NCBI GenBank assembly: GCA_002728565.1
Contig: PBUX01000064.1
Span: 29,529 to 93,528, forward strand
Source: Methanobacteriota archaeon
GTDB taxonomy: Archaea > Thermoplasmatota > Poseidoniia > Poseidoniales > Thalassarchaeaceae
Length of the DNA: 64,000 nt
Reading direction: 5' to 3'
The notes beneath the pieces are model-generated. The model saw only the letters and a program-made list of their open reading frames with translations. It did no database searches and was not told where the DNA came from. Positions 11,898-22,050 of this stretch are shown in pieces. How positions within the stretch are numbered: position 1 is the stretch's first letter; the number at the start of each line of letters is the position of its first letter. The position numbers were made by a program, and so were the translations under genes.

Positions 11898-12290
11898 CTA
11901 GCTCGAATCTCCGCCGCTAGACAGTTCTTCTAAGATACGCTCAAAAATTAAGCGCTGTTCTTCATCGATACTGATCACAAGCGTGATTTCGTCATATTCG
12001 AGCTGGCTCATCTCGTGTTCAGTGAGGATTTCTTGAATTCTTTCCTGAAAACGGGCTCGTATACGTTCACGCTCTTGAAGTTCGTGCGTGCGGCCCAGTT
12101 CCGCGTGAAAATCGTCCCGCTGCTCGCTGATTGCTATATGAGCTTCAACGAATACGGTCATGCGCTCCGTCGTTACTTGAGGTAGTTCCTGGGTTTGTGC
12201 TACCAATGGCAAGGGCTTCACCAGCAAGAGCGTTGTCATCGAGACAATGACAGCAGTGACATTAAGAGCTTTCCAGACTTCAGTTTTCAC
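11898..12290 (-). CDS. Hypothetical small secreted protein (helical, acidic)
   Basis: 130 aa ORF with an N-terminal signal-like hydrophobic segment. It lies between the two cassettes on the opposite strand. Confidence 0.4.
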   Translation of the reverse strand: MKTEVWKALNVTAVIVSMTTLLLVKPLPLVAQTQELPQVTTERMTVFVEAHIAISEQRDDFHAELGRTHELQERERIRARFQERIQEILTEHEMSQLEYDEITLVISIDEEQRLIFERILEELSSGGDSS

Positions 12291-12482
12291 TCTATCTCCT
12301 CCGAGTTCACTCGCAGGTTGGGTACCTAAGGATGATACTGCCGACCCCCTTTCTTGCCAAAAATCTGGTAACGTACTGGTTCGCTATTTGCAGTAGTTAT
12401 TGTGGCTGATGAGGGCTCTCCTACCTATAATACATTTGGAAAATCCCACGCTAACAAGCAAGACCCCTCTCAGAGGACATGT

Positions 12483-14942
12483 ATGAAGACCTTAGCCGGC
12501 GTCTCTGCGGTTTTGGGTTTTACCCTAATGCTCTTCGGTGGCGAAGCCTATGTGGCCCATTCGCCCCAAGAGTCATCACCCGAGTTTGTGCACCTGAGCT
12601 TGGGGGGACAAACAGCGTCAACGGATACGGATATCGATCATACTGAGGTTGTTGGACAGTACTGTGTACGGTGCCATAACGATCGCAGAATGACTGGCAA
12701 CATGTCACTTGAGCAGTTTGATGCTGCTAATCCGGAACGGAACGCAGAATTATCAGAAAAGATGATCCATAAGCTCCGGGCGGAGATGATGCCGCCACCG
12801 GGTGCGCGGCGTCCTGCCGGAGACACACTCTTATCGCTTGTTCTCGCCCTTGAATCCAGCATGGATGCTGCAGCGGTAGCGAACCCGAACCCTGGGGGAC
12901 GCAGTTTTCAGAGGCTGAACCAGGCTGAGTATGGGCGCTCTATTCTTGAATTGCTCGACTTGGAGATAGATGCTGGTGATTACCTCCCACTCGATACTAA
13001 GAGTGCGAATTTCGACAATATCGCTGATGCTCAGATGCTTTCACCGATGTTGCTTGATACGTACTTCCGAGCTGCAGCTGAGATTAGCCGACTAGCTGTC
13101 GGAGATCCAAATGTACTTCCCTCCTCGAAGACTTACACAAATGGCGGGTACGTTTCCCAATGGGATCGAGTAGAGGGTGCACCGTTCGGGACGCGTGGTG
13201 GAATCTCTGCCGTGCACACTTTCCCGGCAGACGGTGACTACGTGTTCAAGATGGCCTTTGAACATACCACGACCGGGGGATTTTTCGGCGGCACTTCTAG
13301 GGACGAACAGATCGAGATCTCGATTGATGGTGAGCGCGTTGCGCTCTATTGGGTTGACCGCTTCATGAACGTCTCAGATCCGAACGGCGCAAATATGCAA
13401 AGTGAGCCGATCTTTGTCCGCGCGGGCCCACGCAGGGTGAGCGCAGCTTTCTTGAGACAAGCTGAGGGGCCCAGAGAGGATGTGGTTTCACCTCATGAGT
13501 GGTCGCTGAGTGATAGGCAGATTGGGGTGAGCGGTTATGGAGTCACAGCACTTGCTCATCTGAAAGACCTAGCTATCACAGGTCCCTACGAAGCTACTGG
13601 TGTTTCAGAGACTCCGAGTCGGAGCCGAGTATTCAGTTGTCGGCCGCTTACTCTGGAGGAAGCACCCGCGTGTGCGGAGGAAATTATATCTCGACTGGGT
13701 CCGCAGGCTTTTCGCCGGTCACTAACACAGGACGACCTTGATGGGTTGATGTCTTTCTACGAACTAGGATTTGCTGACGGAGGGTTCGAGCTTGGAGTGC
13801 GGACAGCGATAGAAGCCATACTGGCTAGTCCCGACTTCGTGTTCAGGCTTGAAGAAGCACCCAGTGGGGTGAAGGCAGGGGAAAGCTACGCAGTAAGCGA
13901 CACTGATTTGGCATCTCGACTTTCATTTTTCCTTTGGGGCGCTCCGCCAGATGCGGAGTTGTTGGTCGCGGCCGAAAAGGGCGAATTGTCTGACGAGAGT
14001 GGGCTAACTGCCCAGGTCAGACGTATGCTCCAAGATTCTCGGGCAGAAGCTCTAGGGACACGGTTCGCGAGTCAGTGGCTCCGTTTGGAGGACTTAGACA
14101 AAGTCCACCCCGACCGACTGTTCTTCCCAGATTTTTACCAACAGCTTGCCGATGCGATGCTCAGGGAGACAGAACTGTTCTTCAATAGTTTGGTTCGTGA
14201 AGACCGAAGCGCGCTTGAGTTGTATTCTGCAGACTACACGTACTTGAACGAGGCTTTGGCAAAACACTACGGTATTCCGGGAATTACGGGTACCCATTTT
14301 CGTAAGGTCCAATACCCGGACGCTACCCGCCGCGGAATCCTAGGGCACGGAAGTATTCTCACACTTACCTCACACGCAAATCGGACTTCTCCGGTGCTAC
14401 GAGGCAAATGGGTGTTAGAGGTATTGTTAGGAGCTCCGCCGCCACCACCACCACCAGGTATCCCTGATCTAGACGAGACAGAAGCTTTTGAAGCTGGACG
14501 GCTATTAACTACCCGTGAGCGTATGGAACTGCATCGCTCAAGCCCATCTTGCAACTCGTGCCATCGTTTCATGGATCCCATAGGCCTCGCACTCGATAAT
14601 TACGATGTGACAGGCAGATGGCGGATTCGAGAAAATGGTATGCCACTTGATACCAAGGGCGAATTTTATGATGGGACTATGATTGAGACTCCTTCAGCAC
14701 TTCAGGAAGTTCTCGTAAAGCGGCCGATCCCACTTGTCAGAACTTTCACAGAAAATCTCATGGCATATGCTCTTGGCCGCAGAGTAGAGTATTATGATCA
14801 ACCGACTATCAGGTCTATTACTGCGCAGGCTGAAGAAGACGATTATCGTATGTCATCGTTCATACTTGGAGTTGTGCTCAGTGATGCCTTTAGGATGCAG
14901 CAGGTGAACGTGGTTGCAGATGATGGAAGCGGGATCAACTAG
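12483..14942 (+). CDS. DUF1592 'Planctomycete cytochrome c' protein, copy B; two CxxCH motifs
   Basis: Start taken at the internal ATG (MKTLAGVSAVLGFTLMLFGG signal peptide). The ORF extends to 12402 upstream. CVRCH and CNSCH motifs and a P7 tract are conserved with copy A. Confidence 0.85.
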   Translation: MKTLAGVSAVLGFTLMLFGGEAYVAHSPQESSPEFVHLSLGGQTASTDTDIDHTEVVGQYCVRCHNDRRMTGNMSLEQFDAANPERNAELSEKMIHKLRAEMMPPPGARRPAGDTLLSLVLALESSMDAAAVANPNPGGRSFQRLNQAEYGRSILELLDLEIDAGDYLPLDTKSANFDNIADAQMLSPMLLDTYFRAAAEISRLAVGDPNVLPSSKTYTNGGYVSQWDRVEGAPFGTRGGISAVHTFPADGDYVFKMAFEHTTTGGFFGGTSRDEQIEISIDGERVALYWVDRFMNVSDPNGANMQSEPIFVRAGPRRVSAAFLRQAEGPREDVVSPHEWSLSDRQIGVSGYGVTALAHLKDLAITGPYEATGVSETPSRSRVFSCRPLTLEEAPACAEEIISRLGPQAFRRSLTQDDLDGLMSFYELGFADGGFELGVRTAIEAILASPDFVFRLEEAPSGVKAGESYAVSDTDLASRLSFFLWGAPPDAELLVAAEKGELSDESGLTAQVRRMLQDSRAEALGTRFASQWLRLEDLDKVHPDRLFFPDFYQQLADAMLRETELFFNSLVREDRSALELYSADYTYLNEALAKHYGIPGITGTHFRKVQYPDATRRGILGHGSILTLTSHANRTSPVLRGKWVLEVLLGAPPPPPPPGIPDLDETEAFEAGRLLTTRERMELHRSSPSCNSCHRFMDPIGLALDNYDVTGRWRIRENGMPLDTKGEFYDGTMIETPSALQEVLVKRPIPLVRTFTENLMAYALGRRVEYYDQPTIRSITAQAEEDDYRMSSFILGVVLSDAFRMQQVNVVADDGSGIN

Positions 14943-14969
14943 AGATAGCTACTAGGAGAAGCTCGGATT

Positions 14970-16388
14970 ATGGAATTCATCACCGGTAAACACATGCCCC
15001 GTCGTTCGTTCGTTCGAGGGATGGGTGCAACGGTGGCTCTGCCATTTCTAGAAGCGATGATCCCAGCTGGACGTATTTGGTCTAGCGCTAACGAAGATGC
15101 TTTACCTACTCGGCTAGTCGCGATTGAGATGGTCCATGGGGCCGCCGGATGTAACGAATGGGGTGCAACGCAAAACCTCTGGTCTCCGGAGGAAGTCGGC
15201 CGTGACTTTGATCTCACGCCAACCTCGCTTAGCTCACTCGAGCCATTCAGAGATTATCTCACGATCATTAGCAACACCGATGTCAGGATGGCAGAAGCTT
15301 TCCAGCCTTATGAAATTGGTGGGGACCATTTTCGCTCAAGTGCTGTTTTCCTGACTCAGTCTCACCCGAAGCAAACGGAAGGTTCAGACGTATACGTTGG
15401 AACTTCTCTTGATCAACTCTACGCTCAGCGTTTTGGGCAGGACACACCGATCCCTTCCATGCAACTTTGCATTGAGAATATCAATCAATCGGGTGGGTGT
15501 GCGTACGGGTATACGTGCGTCTACACGGACTCAATCAGTTGGGCATCGCCTACCGAGCCATTGCCGGTTATTCGCGATCCAAGGGTCGCATTCGACCAAT
15601 TGTTTGGTGCTGGAGGAACTGTTGAGGAGCGTGCACTTCGTCGCAGGACAAATAAGAGTATACTCGATTGGATCACTGGTCGTGTGGCCCAACTGCGAAG
15701 GGAGCTTGGCCCCAACGATATTCAGAGACTCGACAGGTACCTAGACAACGTTCGGGAAATCGAACGTCGTATCCAAAGAATTGAAGCTCAGAATATGAGT
15801 GGTGAGTCTCGAGATTTACCGGAGGCACCGGCCGGGGTACCGGACTCGTTTGAAGAGCACACCCGGCTGATGTTTGACTTGCAAGCACTCGCCTTCTCGT
15901 CAGATGTGACTAGGGTATTCTCGCTGAAGATGGGCCGTGACTCATCCGCACGGGTTTTCGCAGAGAGTGGCACAGATCGTCCGTTCCATCCCGCATCACA
16001 CCATGGCGGACGAGAGGAAGCAATTCTTGATTTTGCTAAGATCAACCGATACCACGTAAGCATGCTCCCATACTTCCTTGAGAAGCTTCAGAGCATACAA
16101 GAAGGTGACACCCATCTTCTAGACAAGACGATGATCATTTATGGATCACCGATGGCAGACGGGAATCTCCATAACCATCGTCGTGCTCCCCTCTTTGTTG
16201 CGGGTGGGGCGAATGGAAGGTTGGAAGGGGGGCTCCATCTTAAGACGCCGGACGGAACCCCGATGGCGAATGCTATGCTAAGTCTTGCTCATACGTTGGG
16301 CATGGATGATATGGATGATTTCGGTGACAGTACTGGAGAGCTGTCCTTATCAATGCCTGCCAGCACCCTTACTAGCGCAGGGTCATAA
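14970..16388 (+). CDS. DUF1552 (HxxSHH) protein, Tat-exported, copy B
   Basis: RRSFVRG Tat motif and 'FHPASHHGGREEA'. Confidence 0.85.
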   Translation: MEFITGKHMPRRSFVRGMGATVALPFLEAMIPAGRIWSSANEDALPTRLVAIEMVHGAAGCNEWGATQNLWSPEEVGRDFDLTPTSLSSLEPFRDYLTIISNTDVRMAEAFQPYEIGGDHFRSSAVFLTQSHPKQTEGSDVYVGTSLDQLYAQRFGQDTPIPSMQLCIENINQSGGCAYGYTCVYTDSISWASPTEPLPVIRDPRVAFDQLFGAGGTVEERALRRRTNKSILDWITGRVAQLRRELGPNDIQRLDRYLDNVREIERRIQRIEAQNMSGESRDLPEAPAGVPDSFEEHTRLMFDLQALAFSSDVTRVFSLKMGRDSSARVFAESGTDRPFHPASHHGGREEAILDFAKINRYHVSMLPYFLEKLQSIQEGDTHLLDKTMIIYGSPMADGNLHNHRRAPLFVAGGANGRLEGGLHLKTPDGTPMANAMLSLAHTLGMDDMDDFGDSTGELSLSMPASTLTSAGS

Positions 16389-16390
16389 GG

Positions 16391-18175
16391 ATGAGTACGC
16401 ACTTCTTAAGATCCTTAAGTGTATTGTGTCTTAGTGCACTGTTATCGGGCGCAGTACCTCCTGAGTCGCCGGTGGCGGATGCAGCCATGCGAGCCGACTT
16501 GGATAAGGTGCGGATACTTCTTAAGGGTGGAGCGGATGTAAACGTTGCTCAAGGCGACGGAATGACTGCACTTCACTGGTCAGCTGAGAATCGCAGTGTC
16601 GAGATGGCTGCGATGCTTATCTATGCTGGTGCGAATGTGGAGGCTGTTACCCGGATCGGTGGCTACACACCACTGCATCTGGCCTCACGGTCTGGTAGTG
16701 CTGCGATCGTTCAGGAGCTGCTCGAAGCTGGTGCAAACCCAACGGTCGCGAGTAGCGCAGGTGGAGCCACACCCCTTCACTTCGCAGCATCAGCATCAAG
16801 TAGGGGATCAGTGATCTCGTTACTTGACCATGGTGCCGAGATTGATGCTCGTGAGAGTGCTTGGGAACAGACACCGCTCATGTTTGCTGCCTCACTTGGT
16901 CGTACTGAGATCGTGGAGTTATTGCTCAGCCGAGGAGCGGACGTATCCGTTACCACTTCTGCTGTCTACTTGCCGGCGCTTCAGGATGAGGACCGGGCTG
17001 CTCGACAGCGCAGGGACAAAGTGCTCGATGGATTCCGTGCTCAGAATGTCTCGGGATCTGAGTCTTGGAGACCAAGCCCGACAGAGGTACAGGCAGCAAT
17101 GGAGTCTTCTAGGATAGACCCAGAAGAATCAGCTAATCCTGAAGAAGAGGGAGAAGACGCCTACAACGAACAGGTCGGTGTCCCTGGTGGGAACTCTTAC
17201 GCGGATCTCGTAGGTACGATGGGTGGGACCACTGCTTTGATTCATGCTGTTCGAGAAGGACATCTCGAAACAGTGGGTGTGCTTTTGGATCATGGTGCGG
17301 ACATCAATCAACCTAGTGCAGGTGACCAGACGACACCGTTACTGAGTGCAATAATTAACGGCTACTTTGATCTTGCTCTTGAGTTGCTTAAGCATGGCGC
17401 TGACCCGAGACTCGCGAGTACGGCAGGTACGACACCACTTTTCTCCGTAATTAATACGAGATGGGCACCAAAGGCTCGTTATCCACAGCAGGAAGCCCAC
17501 AAGCAGCAACAGGCAACACACTTAGAAGTGATGGAGGCCCTGCTCCGATCTGGAGCTAACCCGAACGCGCGGTTGACTAAGCACCTGTGGTTTATGGAAT
17601 ACACATTCAGCCACTTGGGCATCGACACCTCCGGAGCTACTCCGTTCTGGCGTGCGACCCATGCACTTGATGTACCGGCGATGAAGCTTCTAGTTGAATA
17701 TGGTGCCGATCCTGGTATTCCCACGACCAAGGGGCGGGATCGTCGCTCACGCGGGGGTGGAGGAGAAGATCCCTCTGGACTGCCCCCTGTCCCATTTGGT
17801 GGGCCAGCTGTCCACCCGATTCATGTAGCTGCAGGTCATGGATACGGCACTGGTTACGCGGGTTACTCACATAGGCATGCGCCAGATGCATGGCTTACGA
17901 CTGTGAAGTATCTCGTTGAAGAGCACGGAGCTGACGTCAATGCGCGAGATCACAACGGATATTCCCCAGTCCATAACGCTGCATCTCGCGGTGATATTGA
18001 GATGATTCGCTACCTTGTGGACAAGGGAGCAGACGTTATGGTGGTGAGCCGCCGGGGGCAGACAACCGTCGATATGGCAAACGGCCCACAGCAACGGATC
18101 CAGCCGTTCCCGGAAGCGATGTCATTGCTTGAAAGCCTGGGTGCAAAAAACAATCACAATTGTGTGAGTTGCTGA
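16391..18175 (+). CDS. Secreted ankyrin-repeat protein, copy B (C-terminal ...LESLGAKNNHNCVSC)
   Basis: Signal peptide. ANK repeats. Collinear with copy A. Confidence 0.8.
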   Translation: MSTHFLRSLSVLCLSALLSGAVPPESPVADAAMRADLDKVRILLKGGADVNVAQGDGMTALHWSAENRSVEMAAMLIYAGANVEAVTRIGGYTPLHLASRSGSAAIVQELLEAGANPTVASSAGGATPLHFAASASSRGSVISLLDHGAEIDARESAWEQTPLMFAASLGRTEIVELLLSRGADVSVTTSAVYLPALQDEDRAARQRRDKVLDGFRAQNVSGSESWRPSPTEVQAAMESSRIDPEESANPEEEGEDAYNEQVGVPGGNSYADLVGTMGGTTALIHAVREGHLETVGVLLDHGADINQPSAGDQTTPLLSAIINGYFDLALELLKHGADPRLASTAGTTPLFSVINTRWAPKARYPQQEAHKQQQATHLEVMEALLRSGANPNARLTKHLWFMEYTFSHLGIDTSGATPFWRATHALDVPAMKLLVEYGADPGIPTTKGRDRRSRGGGGEDPSGLPPVPFGGPAVHPIHVAAGHGYGTGYAGYSHRHAPDAWLTTVKYLVEEHGADVNARDHNGYSPVHNAASRGDIEMIRYLVDKGADVMVVSRRGQTTVDMANGPQQRIQPFPEAMSLLESLGAKNNHNCVSC

Positions 18176-18258
18176 TAGCTCCGTTCACCACATAGTGCCA
18201 AGTATCAGTTAAGTGGGTGTCTATCTCCTACGAAGACTTTACCGAGTTCATTCCAATC

Positions 18259-19584
18259 TTATCTACCAACTTCTCGGATATCGCTTCGTGCTCGTGGAGA
18301 TCGAGTGTAGGCTGACACCAAGCTTTCATGGCCATTTGGCCCGATAGCCATAACTCCGAATACGTAGTCGTCTATCGAGATGTCCTCGAGCACGTAAGCA
18401 GTGACATCGCCAACATCAATCCCAAATTGCCACTCCGGGGTCCAGGCTTCGCGCCAGACCACTCTGTAGGAGGACGCCCCTTGGGAGGCTTCCCAACTCA
18501 TCGAGGCCGCGTACCCTGATTCGCCTCGTCCGAGACGGGGGTTGCCGCCATCCATCACATTGGGGGCCGGCGGAGCCAGGGCTATTGTCGCCACCCCGGC
18601 AGCGTTCACACGAGCATTTTTCGCAAGGTATTCGAAATCAACACCCCCAAGTGTGTCTTCTGGTTCATGTTGACGACTATAGTTCTCTCGGGATTCAGTA
18701 AACCGAACTCCTGCAAACCCTCGGCGGTTGAATGCCGTGTGGTCACCACCACGGCCGAAGCGATCTTCACGCGCGATCAGGCGCACCTCATGTCCCGGCA
18801 TGTAGACTGCTGCATGTCTGCGGATGAAGCGTGCTAGTTGTCGGGATGGGGAGTCCATAGGGTCCTCTGAGAAGACCCGCACGGTCCTGCCATCAGTAAT
18901 CCCATTCCCACCTTCGGTATTCCCCACGATATCATTATTGAAGACGGCGTCGATCACCCACCCTTCTCGTTCTGCTTTTGCGGAATGAAGGCTTGCTCCT
19001 ACCAGGCCTTCTTCCTCTGCGACGAAACCTACGAATACCAGGGTTGCATCAAATTGCAGTCCGCTTTGAGCCATTACACGGGCTACCTCCATTGTGAGAA
19101 CGGTTCCACTACCGTCATCATTGGCCCCTGGAGCGGGATTGTCCCATCGGGTCCAGTCGAATTCCCCACTATCGATTCGCCGCGCAACTGTATCGTAATG
19201 ACCACTCACATAAACTCGGCGATTGCTTCTACCAGGCAGTATGGCGACCACATTGCAAAGTTCAACTTCTTGAGCGATCCGTCCCTGGGGCTCAACCTGA
19301 TAACAATCAAAATCAACTTGGAGACGGTCGCTGAAGCTCTGCATGGTTCGCAGGATATACTCTCGTGCTGGACTGATACCCCAGTCGGGGCGGTCCGAGA
19401 GAGAAAGCGAATGTCGGGTTTGGAAGTCCGTAAGTACTTCCAGGTACTCATGAAGCCGTTCCGGCGAGATGTTTCGGACCACTTCGACGATTTGAGGGTC
19501 AATCACAGGCCCTTGTGCCGACGATGGTGGTGTTGTGAGCAGGGCAAAGAAAAGCATGATCACAATTGGGATCTGAAGCTTCAT
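18259..19584 (-). CDS. Secreted M28 family peptidase with C-terminal FN3-like domain
   Basis: Signal peptide and M28 zinc-aminopeptidase motifs (…GANDDGSG…, …FVGFVAEEEGLVGA…). Confidence 0.8.
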   Translation of the reverse strand: MKLQIPIVIMLFFALLTTPPSSAQGPVIDPQIVEVVRNISPERLHEYLEVLTDFQTRHSLSLSDRPDWGISPAREYILRTMQSFSDRLQVDFDCYQVEPQGRIAQEVELCNVVAILPGRSNRRVYVSGHYDTVARRIDSGEFDWTRWDNPAPGANDDGSGTVLTMEVARVMAQSGLQFDATLVFVGFVAEEEGLVGASLHSAKAEREGWVIDAVFNNDIVGNTEGGNGITDGRTVRVFSEDPMDSPSRQLARFIRRHAAVYMPGHEVRLIAREDRFGRGGDHTAFNRRGFAGVRFTESRENYSRQHEPEDTLGGVDFEYLAKNARVNAAGVATIALAPPAPNVMDGGNPRLGRGESGYAASMSWEASQGASSYRVVWREAWTPEWQFGIDVGDVTAYVLEDISIDDYVFGVMAIGPNGHESLVSAYTRSPRARSDIREVGR

Positions 19585-19729
19585 ACCTCTTCCTTGGTTC
19601 TACGGATATATGGGACTTAAGGGATGCTGTGCGCTGATCTGGTAGCTGGATAGACAATGATCAAATGGCTGTAGCTATCGCGGTGTGCAACATGAGTGAG
19701 CTCGGTAGAGGTGAGCAAGCCTCAGGTTT

Positions 19730-20365
19730 TCAAGAAGGTGTGATCCGTTGACGGTAATGCTTCGCGACCTTCGCCCGATTTCCACAGCGTGACATAGAGC
19801 ACCATCTTCGACGCCCACTTTTGCTTGTATCTAGAAACCAATACATGCAATTGCTGAAAGCACATTGTCGAATACGAGTTGGGTTTACCTCAGTCACTAT
19901 ACGCGCTGCGGAGAGCGCTATCGGTTGGAGTACACCAAGTACTGATGAGATATGCTCGTGTACATTCAGTACTAATTGACCCTCCATTCCCTCCTCTTGG
20001 TCTCCTTCGGGTGGGATAGTGAGTGAATCCAGCCGGAATGAGGTTCCGTTTTCTGTGAGAATGCGGTTTAGGGCGTCCACGGTGTAGGGTGGCGGTAGTT
20101 CTCCAGCTACAAGACTTTGGACGATCAGTAGGATGTCTCGTCGGAGCCAGAGGGTTTCATCAAGGAGTATGCGACGGTTAGGGGGGGACGAGGATAATTC
20201 AGCGCAGTCGGCGCCATCTGGTAGGCCAGCAGCGGTCAACCAAATAATTAAATCCTCTGGGCTTTGAAGGAGGTCTAGGGGCTGATCTGCATTGAAACGC
20301 CACGTATTTAGCAGGTCGAGCGCTAGCGTACCTCCATCAAAGACAAAATGACTATCCTGATTCAT
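19730..20365 (-). CDS. ABATE/CGNR zinc-finger domain protein (putative stress-responsive regulator)
   Basis: C-terminal 'C…C…H…C…CGNRAK' zinc-finger motif. Confidence 0.8.
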   Translation of the reverse strand: MNQDSHFVFDGGTLALDLLNTWRFNADQPLDLLQSPEDLIIWLTAAGLPDGADCAELSSSPPNRRILLDETLWLRRDILLIVQSLVAGELPPPYTVDALNRILTENGTSFRLDSLTIPPEGDQEEGMEGQLVLNVHEHISSVLGVLQPIALSAARIVTEVNPTRIRQCAFSNCMYWFLDTSKSGRRRWCSMSRCGNRAKVAKHYRQRITPS

Positions 20366-20366
20366 A

Positions 20367-20434
20367 TAACTGTTAAAATAATAATAAAACAGTTATAATA
20401 TCAAATAACTGGTAAAAACGCTTAATAACAGTTA
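20367..20434. promoter_or_regulatory. Array of four TAAC-N-GTTA near-palindromes spaced about 20 bp apart in an AT-rich divergent promoter
   Basis: TAACTGTTA (20367), aaCAGTTAt (20387), TAACTGGTA (20406), TAACAGTTA (20426). A TATAAT hexamer sits at 20394-20399. Confidence 0.35.
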
Positions 20435-20694
20435 GATATGGCCTTCTTTCTCCATCTCAGTAGGGATTTGGAGTATTAGCGGACTCCGCTGAACTGATTT
20501 TCTAAGATCTGTAGCAAATATTTATCCTGAAGTTTTCCATGACGATTCAGTTTAATTCGTGCTATGGATAGTCAGGTAAGTTCTTTTCACCCACCAGCGG
20601 TGTGCCCATAGAGCTGCTCAACGGATGGTGATGATGGAATACAAGATGTTCAGAACACTTGACCATCCGCCAAGCCCGGCTACCCTTTGGGCGC

Positions 20695-21975
20695 ATGAGT
20701 AAATTGATAGAAGAACTTCAGTGGAGAGGGTTGCTGCAAGATGCAACCGAAGGAGCAGCCGAGCACTTGGCTGAGGCTCCACGCACTGGGTATATCGGCT
20801 TTGACCCTTCGGCGTGCAGCCTCCATGTTGGCAACCTACTCGTGGTCATGGATCTGGTGCACATGCAGCGGCACGGTCATACCCCGATTGCACTGGTTGG
20901 TGGTGGTACGGGGTTAATTGGTGACCCATCGGGTAAGACTGCTGAGAGGCAGTTGCTTACCAAGGAGATCGCGGCGGAAAATGCTGAGGGAATTCGTGCC
21001 CAGCTCGCGCATTTTCTCGACTTCGATGTGAAATCAAATCCGGCCATCATGCGAAACAATCTTGATTGGCTTGGGCAACTGTCTTTGGTGGACTTTTTGC
21101 GGGATATCGGGAAGCACTTCTCGGTCAACCAACTTATTGCGAAGGAATCTGTGAAACGCCGTTTGGAGAATGAGGAGACTGGACTCTCATATACGGAGTT
21201 CAGCTACGCGCTCCTACAGTCGTACGATTTTCTTGAGTTGTATCGCCGTGATCAATGCACGGTTCAGTTAGGAGGTAGCGATCAGTGGGGTAATATCACA
21301 GCAGGTACTGACTTGGTTCGCCGGGTCGCAGGTGGAAAAGCATTTGGGGTCGTGTCACCTCTACTGACCAACTCTAGCGGCACTAAATTCGGAAAGACCG
21401 AAGCAGGAAATGTTTGGCTTGACCCAGAACTCACTTCACCATTCGCATTTTACCAATTTTGGGTTAACACTGACGACCGTGATGTGATGGGGTTCTTGAG
21501 GTGCTTCTCTCTGCTCTCCCAGTCTGAAATTGGTGAACTAGAAGAAGCTACACAGGCTGAACCTGAGAAACGCATAGCTCAAAAGGCATTAGCTGATGAA
21601 GTAACTCATCGGGTTCATGGTGAAACGGGACTAGCTTCAGCTCGCAAAGCTACACAGGCTCTTTTTGGGGGGGATATATCAGGGCTAAATGCCAACGAAA
21701 TCAGTGAGGTTTTTGCGGATGTACCGTCTTCAGAACTTGAAAAATCCCGTTTAACGGGAGATGGCTGGAAGCTCGTTGAGGTTCTAGTCGAATCTGGTGT
21801 GGCCTCCTCCAAGGGGGATGCACGCCGTGCTATAGAGGGCGGGGGAATCTATCTGAACGGTGAGCGTATCCAAGATGTTTCTAGAGCTTTATCAATAGAG
21901 GACGCGATCGAGGGCCGTTACCTGTTACTTCGGAAGGGTAAGAGAGCCTACCATCTAGTGGCAGTTTCTGAATAG
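20695..21975 (+). CDS. tyrS: Tyrosine--tRNA ligase
   Basis: Class I aaRS 'HVGN' (HIGH-type) motif, 'KFGKT' (KMSKS) motif and a C-terminal S4 domain. Start set at the ATG that gives MSKLIEELQWRGLL; the ORF also extends to a TTG at 20659. Confidence 0.9.
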   Translation: MSKLIEELQWRGLLQDATEGAAEHLAEAPRTGYIGFDPSACSLHVGNLLVVMDLVHMQRHGHTPIALVGGGTGLIGDPSGKTAERQLLTKEIAAENAEGIRAQLAHFLDFDVKSNPAIMRNNLDWLGQLSLVDFLRDIGKHFSVNQLIAKESVKRRLENEETGLSYTEFSYALLQSYDFLELYRRDQCTVQLGGSDQWGNITAGTDLVRRVAGGKAFGVVSPLLTNSSGTKFGKTEAGNVWLDPELTSPFAFYQFWVNTDDRDVMGFLRCFSLLSQSEIGELEEATQAEPEKRIAQKALADEVTHRVHGETGLASARKATQALFGGDISGLNANEISEVFADVPSSELEKSRLTGDGWKLVEVLVESGVASSKGDARRAIEGGGIYLNGERIQDVSRALSIEDAIEGRYLLLRKGKRAYHLVAVSE

Positions 21976-22050
21976 AGTAAGTCGGGTAAGCAGGACTTTG
22001 CACCATAGTATAAAGCCAGCCAAAAGTATTCTCATCACAAGAGGATTAGA

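Noticed and set aside
20366-20694. T-box or other riboswitch leader upstream of tyrS
   Set aside because: No specifier or T-box-like conserved sequence and no terminator/antiterminator pair. The region is better explained as a protein-operator array.
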